Assembly: GCA_035630545.1 (NCBI GenBank)
Contig: DASQKK010000084.1
Location: 3,405-67,404 of the forward strand
Source: Gaiellaceae bacterium
GTDB lineage: Bacteria > Actinomycetota > Thermoleophilia > Gaiellales > Gaiellaceae
DNA: 64,000 nt
Reading direction: 5' to 3'
Of the stretch, positions 34,069 through 41,734 are shown in pieces. Position numbers and translations under genes: made by a program. Position 1 is the stretch's first letter, and each line of letters starts with the position of its first letter. The notes beneath the pieces are model-generated. The model saw only the letters and a list, made by a program, of their open reading frames with translations, ran no database searches and had not been told where the DNA came from.

Positions 34069-36438
34069 ATGGACCCGAACGCGCTCGACGTGCTGGAGTT
34101 CCCGGCGATCCAGGAGCGGGTTGCGCGTGCGACTGCGACCGACTTCGGCGCTGCGCTCGCCGCCGGCCTCGAGCCGTCGCCCGACCCGGAGGAGGTCGCC
34201 CGGCGCCAGGCGCTGACCGCCGAGGCGATCGGGCTCCTGGAACACTCGCTCGAGCCGCCGCTGGAGGGGATCCGCGACGTGCGCGAGCAGGCGGCGCACG
34301 CGGCGCTCGGCGGCGCGCTCTCGCCCGCGGCGCTGAGGCACGTCTCCGACACGGCCGCCGGCTCGCTGCGGGCGCGCGCAGCGCTCGACGACGCCCCGGC
34401 GCCGCTGCTCCGCGCACTCGCCGAAGCCGTCGACCCTGCGCTGGCGGCTGTCGCAAAGGCGATCGACCGCGCCGTCGAAGAGGACGGCTCCGACCTGCGC
34501 GACAACGCCTCGCCGAAGCTGCGCAAGTTGCGCGGCGAGCTCCGCACCGGGCGGCAGCGGGTGCGCGACAAGCTCGAGCAGCTCGTGCGCTCGAGCGAGC
34601 TACGCGAGCACCTGCAGGAGGAGTTCATCACCCTGCGCGGCGGCAGGCCGGTGCTCGCGGTCAAGGCGAGTGCCCGCCGCAGCGTGCCCGGGATCGTCCA
34701 CGACGCCTCCGACTCGGGCCAGACGCTCTTCGTCGAGCCCTTCGACGTCGTCGAGCTCTCCAATCGCCAGTCGGAGGCGGTGAGCGCGGAGCGGGACGAG
34801 GTCGAGCGGATCCTGCGGGAGCTCTCGACCGCCGTCGGCGAGGCGGCCGCACTGCTGACGGCCGGCGTCGAGGCAACGGGCCGGATCGACCTGTCGCTGG
34901 CGCTCGGGACGCTCTCACGCGGCTGGAAGGGGGCGGCGGTCGAGGTGTCGGAGGAGGTGCGGCTCGCGGCGGCCCGCCACCCGCTCCTCGACCCGAAGCT
35001 CGCCGTTCCGATCGACCTCGATCTCGGCACCTTGCGCGCGCTCGTGATCAGCGGTCCGAACACCGGCGGCAAGACGGTGGCGCTGAAAACGCTCGGGCTC
35101 GCCGCGCTCCTGCATCAATCAGGCCTCCGGCCTCCGGCTGAGACGGCCGCCCTGCCCGTCTTCGACCAGGTGCTCGCCGACATCGGCGACCGGCAGTCGA
35201 TCGAGATGAGCCTCTCGACGTTCTCCGGCCACGTCGCCAGCATCGTCGCGATCCTGAACGCCGCCGGCGAACGCTCGCTCGTGCTGCTGGACGAGCTCGC
35301 CTCGGGGACCGATCCGGTCGAGGGCTCTGCGCTCGCGCAGGCGCTCGTCGCGCGGCTCGCCGAGCAGGCGCGGCTGACGCTCGTCACGACCCACTATCCC
35401 GAGCTGAAGGAGTGGGCGAGCGCGAGCGAGGGTGTCGCCAACGCGGGCACCGGTTTCGATCCGGAGACCGATGCGCCCCTCTACCGGATCGCCCTCGGCA
35501 GGCCGGGAACGTCGCATGCGCTGCAGATCGCCGAACGCCTCGGGCTGGACACCGGCGTCGTCGCCGACGCGCGCGAGCTCGTGACACCGGAGCGGCTTCG
35601 GATTCAAGAGCTGCTCGCGGAGACGGAGTCGGCCGAGCGGGCCGCCGTCGACGAGCGCGCGTCGGCCGAGGCGGAGCGGGCCGAGGCCGCCCGGGTCACA
35701 GAGGATGTGCGCGAGCGGGAGCGGGAGCTGGAGGCCGAGATCGCGGCGGTGAAGGCGTCGGCCGCCGCGGAGCGTGAACGGGCCGCGGCGGAGGCGCAGC
35801 GAGATCTGGCCGCCGCCCGGGAGGAGCTTGCGGCGCTGCGTGAGGAGATCCGGGTCGCCCGACGGCGCGACCGCGAGTCGAGGCGGGCGACCCCGGCCGC
35901 CGCCCGCGAGCGCGACCGCCGCCTCGGGGCCGCCGCGGATCGCGCGGTGCGGGCGGAACGGGCGATCCGCGAGCTCGACGAGCCGCTCCCCTTCACTGGG
36001 CCGCTCGCGGCCGGCGATCCGGTCGAGGCGCCGGGGCTCGGCGTGCACGGGACGATCGCGGCGATCGAGGGTGACGAGGCCGAGGTGGTGGGGGCGGCCG
36101 GCCACCGGCTGCGGATCCCACTCGCGCGGCTGCGTCCCTCGCGCAAGCGGGAGCCGGAGCCGGAGGAGGTCCCGGTCACGGTCGTCGCGATGGCGAGTGC
36201 CGACGTCTCCGACGAGCTCGACGTGCGCGGGCAGCGGGCGCAGGAGGCGCGGGAGGCCGTCCGGTCTTTCGTCGACGACGCGGCCCTGGCGGGACTGCCG
36301 AGCGTCCGCGTCATCCACGGCCGCGGCACGGGTTCGGTGCGGGCTGCCGTGCGGGAGGAGCTGGACGGCCATCCGCTCGTCGACCGGCGCGAGAGCGATT
36401 CTGCCGACGGCGCCACGATTGTCCACCTCGAGGGCTAG
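34069..36438 (+). CDS. mutS2: endonuclease MutS2 (MutS domain plus C-terminal Smr)
   Basis: In frame with ORF 33943..36438. MDPNALDVLEFPAIQERV, Walker A GPNTGGKT, Smr VIHGRGTGSVR. An alternative ATG at 34042 is possible. Confidence 0.92.
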   Translation: MDPNALDVLEFPAIQERVARATATDFGAALAAGLEPSPDPEEVARRQALTAEAIGLLEHSLEPPLEGIRDVREQAAHAALGGALSPAALRHVSDTAAGSLRARAALDDAPAPLLRALAEAVDPALAAVAKAIDRAVEEDGSDLRDNASPKLRKLRGELRTGRQRVRDKLEQLVRSSELREHLQEEFITLRGGRPVLAVKASARRSVPGIVHDASDSGQTLFVEPFDVVELSNRQSEAVSAERDEVERILRELSTAVGEAAALLTAGVEATGRIDLSLALGTLSRGWKGAAVEVSEEVRLAAARHPLLDPKLAVPIDLDLGTLRALVISGPNTGGKTVALKTLGLAALLHQSGLRPPAETAALPVFDQVLADIGDRQSIEMSLSTFSGHVASIVAILNAAGERSLVLLDELASGTDPVEGSALAQALVARLAEQARLTLVTTHYPELKEWASASEGVANAGTGFDPETDAPLYRIALGRPGTSHALQIAERLGLDTGVVADARELVTPERLRIQELLAETESAERAAVDERASAEAERAEAARVTEDVRERERELEAEIAAVKASAAAERERAAAEAQRDLAAAREELAALREEIRVARRRDRESRRATPAAARERDRRLGAAADRAVRAERAIRELDEPLPFTGPLAAGDPVEAPGLGVHGTIAAIEGDEAEVVGAAGHRLRIPLARLRPSRKREPEPEEVPVTVVAMASADVSDELDVRGQRAQEAREAVRSFVDDAALAGLPSVRVIHGRGTGSVRAAVREELDGHPLVDRRESDSADGATIVHLEG

Positions 36439-37064
36439 ACCGGCTCCTCGACCACCTTCGCTGCGTAGAGCTGATACGGGAGCGCCTCGAGCACGCGCAG
36501 GCGTGGCTCCGGCACGTCGAAGAAGCGCGCGAGCGCGAGCGGCTGCAGCCACGCCAGGTCGGCTCGCGACTCGAGCACGCGGGCGACGGCCGCGCGGTCA
36601 CCGCCGAGTGCGACGCGGTCGACGCGTTCCCGCCAGGGACCGAGCACCCGGGCCGCCTCGGACGCCGCCGCGTCGACGAGCTCCCGCTCCTGCTCACCCC
36701 GCCGGCGGCGAAAGCGGTTGGACGAGGAGCCGCCCTTCTTGTGCCGACCCTTGACGAATCGCGTGCCGACCTTCGACGCGACGAGGCGCTCGCCCTCGAA
36801 GACGCCGGCTGCGTACCCGCCCATCCGCACGAGCAGGACGGCGACCGTCGGCGCGGCCGCCAGCGCGTCGAGCAGCGGGTCGACGCGGAGCACCTCGTAC
36901 TCGCCGTCGTGATCGAGGCCGAACGGCGGCGTCACGGTCAGCACGGCCTCGTCGAGCTCGAATCGGGCGCTGCCGGCGGCATAGAGCGCGCGACCCGGTG
37001 AGCCCGAGAAGGCGCGGACCCGCTTCGCGACGTTGTCGCGACCGATGTAGCGAGTCTCCGTCAC
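36435..37064 (-). CDS. acVLRF1-like (Vms1/ANKZF1-type, eRF1-fold) peptidyl-tRNA hydrolase
   Basis: GTG at 37064 in the frame of ORF 36435..38921. RMGGYAAGVFEG...FVKGRHKKGGSSSNRFRRRRGEQ aligns with the eRF1 GRGGQSALRFARLR loop, with Q replaced by S. Confidence 0.72.
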   Translation of the reverse strand: MTETRYIGRDNVAKRVRAFSGSPGRALYAAGSARFELDEAVLTVTPPFGLDHDGEYEVLRVDPLLDALAAAPTVAVLLVRMGGYAAGVFEGERLVASKVGTRFVKGRHKKGGSSSNRFRRRRGEQERELVDAAASEAARVLGPWRERVDRVALGGDRAAVARVLESRADLAWLQPLALARFFDVPEPRLRVLEALPYQLYAAKVVEEPV

Positions 37065-37082
37065 CGCGGCCACAATGGCAGG

Positions 37083-38642
37083 ATGACAACGACACACGGA
37101 ACTTCGACCGCGAACCAGCCGCCGCCGCTCGCGGGCTACAACCTCTACGAGCAGGACATCGCCCTGGTCGAGGGGCTGCGCCGGGAGGGTGGCAGCCCCT
37201 GGGAGGAGAGGGTCGCCGCGTTCGGCGAGCTCCTCGGCGGCGAGCCGCTCGAGTGGGGCCGGCTCGCAAACGAGCATCCGCCGCGGCTGCGGTCGCACGA
37301 CCGCTACGGCGAGCGTGTCGACGAGATCGAGTTCCACCCGGCCTGGGACTCGCTGCTCCGGGTCGGGCTGAAGGCGCAGGTGCAGTCGCTGCCCTGGGCG
37401 GAGCCGGCGACCGGCGCCCACGTCGCACGGGCAAGCCTGTTCATGCTGCTCGGCCAGGTCGAGGCCGGTGTCGGCTGCCCGCTCTCGATGACGTTCGCCG
37501 CCGTGCCGGCGCTGCGTACGCACCTCGACCTCGCCGAGGAGTGGATCCCGCGGCTGATCGCGGGCGAGGCGCTCTGCGGGATGGCGATGACGGAGCGTCA
37601 GGGAGGCTCCGACGTGCGCGCGAACGAGACGACGGCGCGGCCGGTCGGGGAGGCGTGGGAGCTGAACGGTCAGAAGTGGTTCTGCTCGGCGCCGATGAGC
37701 GATGCGTTCCTCGTGCTCGCGCAGGCGCCGGCCGGGCTCTCCTGTTTCCTGCTCGAGCGGCCGCAGCCCGGCTTCCGGATCGAGCGGCTGAAGGACAAGC
37801 TCGGCAACCGCTCGAACGCCTCGGCCGAGATCGCGCTCGACGGCGCGGTCGCCACCCTCGTCGGCGAGGAGGGGCGCGGCCTCCGGACGATCCTCGAGAT
37901 GGTCAACCACACGCGGCTCGACTGCGTGCTCGGCTCGACGGCGCTGATGCGCCGGGCTGTCGCGGAGGCGACGCACCACGCCGCCCACCGCGCCGCCTTC
38001 GGCAAGCTCCTCGCCGAGCAGCCGCTGATGCAGAACGTGCTCGCCGACCTCTGCGTCGAGTCGGAGGCGGCGACCGCGACGGCGCTCCGGCTCGCACGCG
38101 CGCACGACGAGGACGACGGCCCGTTCCGGCGGATCGCGACCGCGGTCGCGAAGTTCTGGATCTGCAAGCGGACACCACCCCTCGCCGCGGAGGCGCTCGA
38201 GTGCCTGGGCGGCAACGGCTACGTCGAGGAGTCGCAGCTGCCACGCCTCTTCCGCGAGAGCCCGCTCAACTCGATCTGGGAGGGATCGGGCAACGTCAAC
38301 GCGCTCGACGTCCTGCGGGCGCTCGGCAGGGAGCCGGAGACGGCGGAGGCCTTCCTGGCCGAGGTGCGGCTCGCGGCCGGAGCGGACGCGCGTCTGGACG
38401 CCGGCATCGCGCGTCTCGAGCACGAGCTCGCCGATCCCGAGGAGCAGAGCGCCCGGCGGCTGCTGGAGCTGCTCGCGGTGACGCTGCAGGGCTCGCTGCT
38501 CGTCCGCCACGGTGCGCCGGAGGTCGCGTCGGCGTTCTGCGCTTCGCGGCTCGACCGCCCCGGCGGGGTCTACGGGACGCTGCCGGCGGGCCTCGACCTG
38601 GAAGCGATCGCCGAGCGGCATCGCCCGCGGCTCGACGGCTAA
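37083..38642 (+). CDS. AidB-like acyl-CoA dehydrogenase family protein
   Basis: ORF track, 519 aa. MTERQGGSDVRANET, WFCSAP, IWEGSGNV. Confidence 0.88.
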   Translation: MTTTHGTSTANQPPPLAGYNLYEQDIALVEGLRREGGSPWEERVAAFGELLGGEPLEWGRLANEHPPRLRSHDRYGERVDEIEFHPAWDSLLRVGLKAQVQSLPWAEPATGAHVARASLFMLLGQVEAGVGCPLSMTFAAVPALRTHLDLAEEWIPRLIAGEALCGMAMTERQGGSDVRANETTARPVGEAWELNGQKWFCSAPMSDAFLVLAQAPAGLSCFLLERPQPGFRIERLKDKLGNRSNASAEIALDGAVATLVGEEGRGLRTILEMVNHTRLDCVLGSTALMRRAVAEATHHAAHRAAFGKLLAEQPLMQNVLADLCVESEAATATALRLARAHDEDDGPFRRIATAVAKFWICKRTPPLAAEALECLGGNGYVEESQLPRLFRESPLNSIWEGSGNVNALDVLRALGREPETAEAFLAEVRLAAGADARLDAGIARLEHELADPEEQSARRLLELLAVTLQGSLLVRHGAPEVASAFCASRLDRPGGVYGTLPAGLDLEAIAERHRPRLDG

Positions 38643-38651
38643 GCTCGGCTC

Positions 38652-38876
38652 GTGGCCGTCGAGATCCACTACTGCCCCGTCTGAAGCGGCTACGACCGAC
38701 GGGCCGCGAGTCTCGCGGCCGTGCTGAACGGCAACGGCGTCCCCGCCGAGATCGTCGAGGGCGCGAAGAGCCAGTTCGACGTGATCGCCGACGGCGAACT
38801 CGTCTTCTCGAAGCAGCGCGAAGGACGCTTCCCCGAGGAGGATGAGGTGCTCGGGCTGCTCGCTAGCTCCCGCTGA
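38652..38876 (+). CDS. SelW/Rdx-family protein with an in-frame TGA (putative selenocysteine at 38682..38684)
   Basis: MAVEIHYCPV-U-SGYDRRAASLAAVLNGNGVPAEIVEGAKSQFDVIADGELVFSKQREGRFPEEDEVLGLLASSR. CxxU-GY redox motif, with a hairpin 17 nt after the TGA. Confidence 0.6.
38702..38720 (+). promoter_or_regulatory. SECIS-like stem-loop
   Basis: GGCCGCGAG-T-CTCGCGGCC. The apex (GAGUCUC) contains G/U and lies 25-29 nt after the UGA. Confidence 0.4.
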
Positions 38877-39633
38877 AGCGGGGCTCGCGCTTCTCGAGGA
38901 AGGCCTGCACGCCCTCGGCAAAGTCGCCCGTCTCGGTCGCGGCCTGCTGCAGCTCCGCTTCGAGCTCGAGCTGCTCCTCGAGGGTCGCGTCGTAGGCGTG
39001 GTCGAAGAGACGCTTCGTCATTCCGATCGCGCGCGTCGGCAGCGCCGCGAAGGTCGCCGCCACCTCGGCCACGTGCGCGGCGAGCCTGTCCGCCTCGACC
39101 ACCTCCGCGACGAGCCCCCAGGCCTCTGCCTCGGTGGCGCTCAGCCGCTTGTTGGTCGTCATCCAGTCGAAGGCGCGGGCGAACCCCAGCAGGCGGTGGA
39201 TGAACCAGGATCCGCCCGAGTCGGGGATCAGGCCGATCCCGATGAACCCGGGCACGAACGTCGCCGCGTCGGAGGCGATCCTGATGTCGCAGGCGGCGGC
39301 CAGCGACAGTCCCGCACCCGCGCAGGGCCCGTTGACCGCCGCGATCACCGGCTTTTCGAGCGCGCGGATCAGCCGGATGTTCGGGTGGTAGGTCTGCTCG
39401 AGCCGGTCGCGAATCGAGCCCGGGGCCTCCTGGAACTCCTTCAGGTCCTGACCGGAGCAGAAACCGCGGCCCGCGCCGGTGATCACGACCGCACGAACAT
39501 CCGACGAGCGCGCCTCCTCGAGCGCCTCGTGCAGGCGCGCGTGCAGCGCCGCGTTGAAGGCGTTGAAGACGTCAGGCCTGTTCAGCGTGATCGTCAGGAC
39601 GGCGCCGTCGCGCTCGCTCAGGACTTCGCTCAT
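38863..39633 (-). CDS. enoyl-CoA hydratase/isomerase (PaaG-like)
   Basis: ORF track, 256 aa. LNRPDVFNAF, GAGRGFCSGQDL, NGPCAGAGLSLA. Confidence 0.9.
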   Translation of the reverse strand: MSEVLSERDGAVLTITLNRPDVFNAFNAALHARLHEALEEARSSDVRAVVITGAGRGFCSGQDLKEFQEAPGSIRDRLEQTYHPNIRLIRALEKPVIAAVNGPCAGAGLSLAAACDIRIASDAATFVPGFIGIGLIPDSGGSWFIHRLLGFARAFDWMTTNKRLSATEAEAWGLVAEVVEADRLAAHVAEVAATFAALPTRAIGMTKRLFDHAYDATLEEQLELEAELQQAATETGDFAEGVQAFLEKREPRFSGS

Positions 39634-40136
39634 GAGACCGACCCTAACGCGGAGCGGTCGAGCTCGTAGAGCTCGCCGCCCACATGGCGCACGCCGGGAA
39701 CCTTCGCGAGCAGACGCAGCGACTTGTCGTTCGTCTCCTCGACACCGGCGTAGATGCGCTCGCGCCCGACACGCTCGAAGAGGTCGCGCGCGACCGCCGC
39801 CCCGGCCTCGAGCGCGATCCCCTGGCCCCAGCGGTCGGGGTGGAGAACGACGCCGAGCTCGAGCTCGTCCGGATCGACGCCGCTGTCCTCGCCGATCGGG
39901 TGCACCTCGACGAAGCCGATCGGCTCGCCGTCACGGAGGATCAGCCAGGAGCCGAAGCCCCGCTCGCGCCAGCTCGCGACGCGGCGTCCGACCTGACCGG
40001 CCATCCGCTCGCGCGAGAGCGGCTCCTTTGTGTTCGTCGTCCCGACCACCGCCGGCGCGTTGCGGACCGCAAGCATCGCGTCGACGTCGTCCTCGGTCAC
40101 CGGCCGGAGCACGAGGCGCTCGGTACGGAGCTCCAC
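39630..40136 (-). CDS. GNAT family N-acetyltransferase
   Basis: ORF track, 168 aa. TERLVLRPVTEDD, RWGQGIALEA. Confidence 0.85.
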   Translation of the reverse strand: MELRTERLVLRPVTEDDVDAMLAVRNAPAVVGTTNTKEPLSRERMAGQVGRRVASWRERGFGSWLILRDGEPIGFVEVHPIGEDSGVDPDELELGVVLHPDRWGQGIALEAGAAVARDLFERVGRERIYAGVEETNDKSLRLLAKVPGVRHVGGELYELDRSALGSVS

Positions 40137-40949
40137 CTACTTCGAGCGGTCGAGGAAGCTGCGGACCGCGCCCTGGGCCTCGTCGCCGAGCATCGAGAGC
40201 GCCAGCCAGTCGCGTGCGTGGCCGACCGTCTCGTGCCATGAGATGTCGCGCCACCAGTTCAGTTGCTGCTTCGCGTACCGCGTCGTCTCGGGCAGCTTCC
40301 GGGCGAGGTTCTCGACCCATTCGTCGACGACGGCGTCCAGCTCGACGGCCGGCACCGCGCGATTGACCAGGCCCCACTCCGCTGCCTGCGCGGCGGGCAC
40401 CTCGTCGCAGAGCAGGATCATCTCGCGAGCGCGGCGGTCGCCGATCATGATCGGCAGCCACTGGGTCGCACCCCCGGCGGGCACCGAGCCGTGCTCGAGC
40501 CCGACGTGGCGGATGAAGGCGTCGTCGACCATCACCGAGAGGTCGCACCCCATCTGCAGCTCGTTGCCGCCGCCGACGGCGATCCCGTTCACGCGCGCGA
40601 TCGTCGGCTTGCCGATCTCGCGCAGGCGGTCGTGCATGTCCTTGAACGCGCCGAACCACTTCCAGTACTCCTTCGAGTTCCCGAGCAGGTCCTCGCCCCA
40701 CGCACGCAGGTCGGCCCCGACGCAGAACGCGCGGCCGGTGCCGGTGACGACGACGACCCGGATCTCGTCGTCCCAGGACGCGTCCTCGAACGCCCGCGCG
40801 AGCTCGCGCAGCATCCGGAAGTCGAACGCGTTCAGCACGTCCGGTCGGTTCAGCGTCACGGTCGCGCGCGGGTAGTCCTTCTCGTAGACGATCCGCTCGA
40901 AGCCGAGCTCGTCCGGGGGTAGCGGACGGGGCTGGTCCGGCTCGGCCAC
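40137..40949 (-). CDS. enoyl-CoA hydratase/crotonase family protein
   Basis: GTG at 40949 in the frame of ORF 40137..41483. LNRPDVLNAF, GTGRAFCVGADL, NGIAVGGGNELQM. Confidence 0.85.
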   Translation of the reverse strand: MAEPDQPRPLPPDELGFERIVYEKDYPRATVTLNRPDVLNAFDFRMLRELARAFEDASWDDEIRVVVVTGTGRAFCVGADLRAWGEDLLGNSKEYWKWFGAFKDMHDRLREIGKPTIARVNGIAVGGGNELQMGCDLSVMVDDAFIRHVGLEHGSVPAGGATQWLPIMIGDRRAREMILLCDEVPAAQAAEWGLVNRAVPAVELDAVVDEWVENLARKLPETTRYAKQQLNWWRDISWHETVGHARDWLALSMLGDEAQGAVRSFLDRSK

Positions 40950-41230
40950 TACGCGATCTCGGCGAAGGCGACCGTGAACGGAATGCCCATTTCCATCGCG
41001 TCCTTGCCGCTCGCAGCGAACTCCTCGGAGCGGACGGCCGCCTTGAACGCGTCCATGTCGGCCCACTCGAACTCGGCGTAGTACGCGAACGGCGGGTCGC
41101 CGAACGGGGAGCCGAACACCTTGCCATGGCGGAACGCGTCGCATGGCACCGGCCGCGTGAACTCCTCCAGGTGCCGCGCATAACGCTCCGGCTCCGGCTC
41201 GCGCTCGTACTGGATCACCGCTCGCACCAT
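40949..41230 (-). CDS. EthD family reductase
   Basis: ORF track, 93 aa. YYAEFEWADMDAFKAA pattern of TIGR02118-like proteins. Confidence 0.78.
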   Translation of the reverse strand: MVRAVIQYEREPEPERYARHLEEFTRPVPCDAFRHGKVFGSPFGDPPFAYYAEFEWADMDAFKAAVRSEEFAASGKDAMEMGIPFTVAFAEIA

Positions 41231-41281
41231 CGCTCCAGCTCCTTTCGCCTAGGGACGTGCGGGAGCGTATAGCTTGCGCCC

Positions 41282-41734
41282 GTGTCCGGAGGAACGGCTG
41301 CCGCAGCGACACTCGCGTTGACCGCGGGCCTCGCAGGCTCGATCCAGGTGGCCGTGATGGGCCGCTTCGGCGAGCGGATCGGCTCCTACGAGGCGATCGC
41401 CGCGAACCTCCTCTTCTCGACGCTGATCGCGACCACGCTGCTGCTCCTGCTCCGCCAGAGCCTGGCCGGCTTCGGCGACGCACTTCACTCGCCCTGGTGG
41501 TACTGGGTCGGCGGCGGCGGCATGGGCGTCGTCGTCGTGTTCACGATCACCGTCGTGACACCGCAGATCGGCGCGACTGCGACAATCGGGCTCCTGATCG
41601 CGGGGCAGCTCGCGATGGGCGTGCTGATCGACCGCTACGGCTGGTTCGGCGTCGAGCAGGTGCCGCTCAACTGGCCCCGCATCGTCGGCGTGCTGCTGTT
41701 GGCGGTCGGCGCGCTGCTCGCCCTGCGCCGCTAG
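41282..41734 (+). CDS. DMT superfamily transporter (DUF606/YdcZ-like)
   Basis: ORF track, 150 aa with 5 TM helices. QIGATATIGLLIAGQL. Confidence 0.8.
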   Translation: MSGGTAAAATLALTAGLAGSIQVAVMGRFGERIGSYEAIAANLLFSTLIATTLLLLLRQSLAGFGDALHSPWWYWVGGGGMGVVVVFTITVVTPQIGATATIGLLIAGQLAMGVLIDRYGWFGVEQVPLNWPRIVGVLLLAVGALLALRR

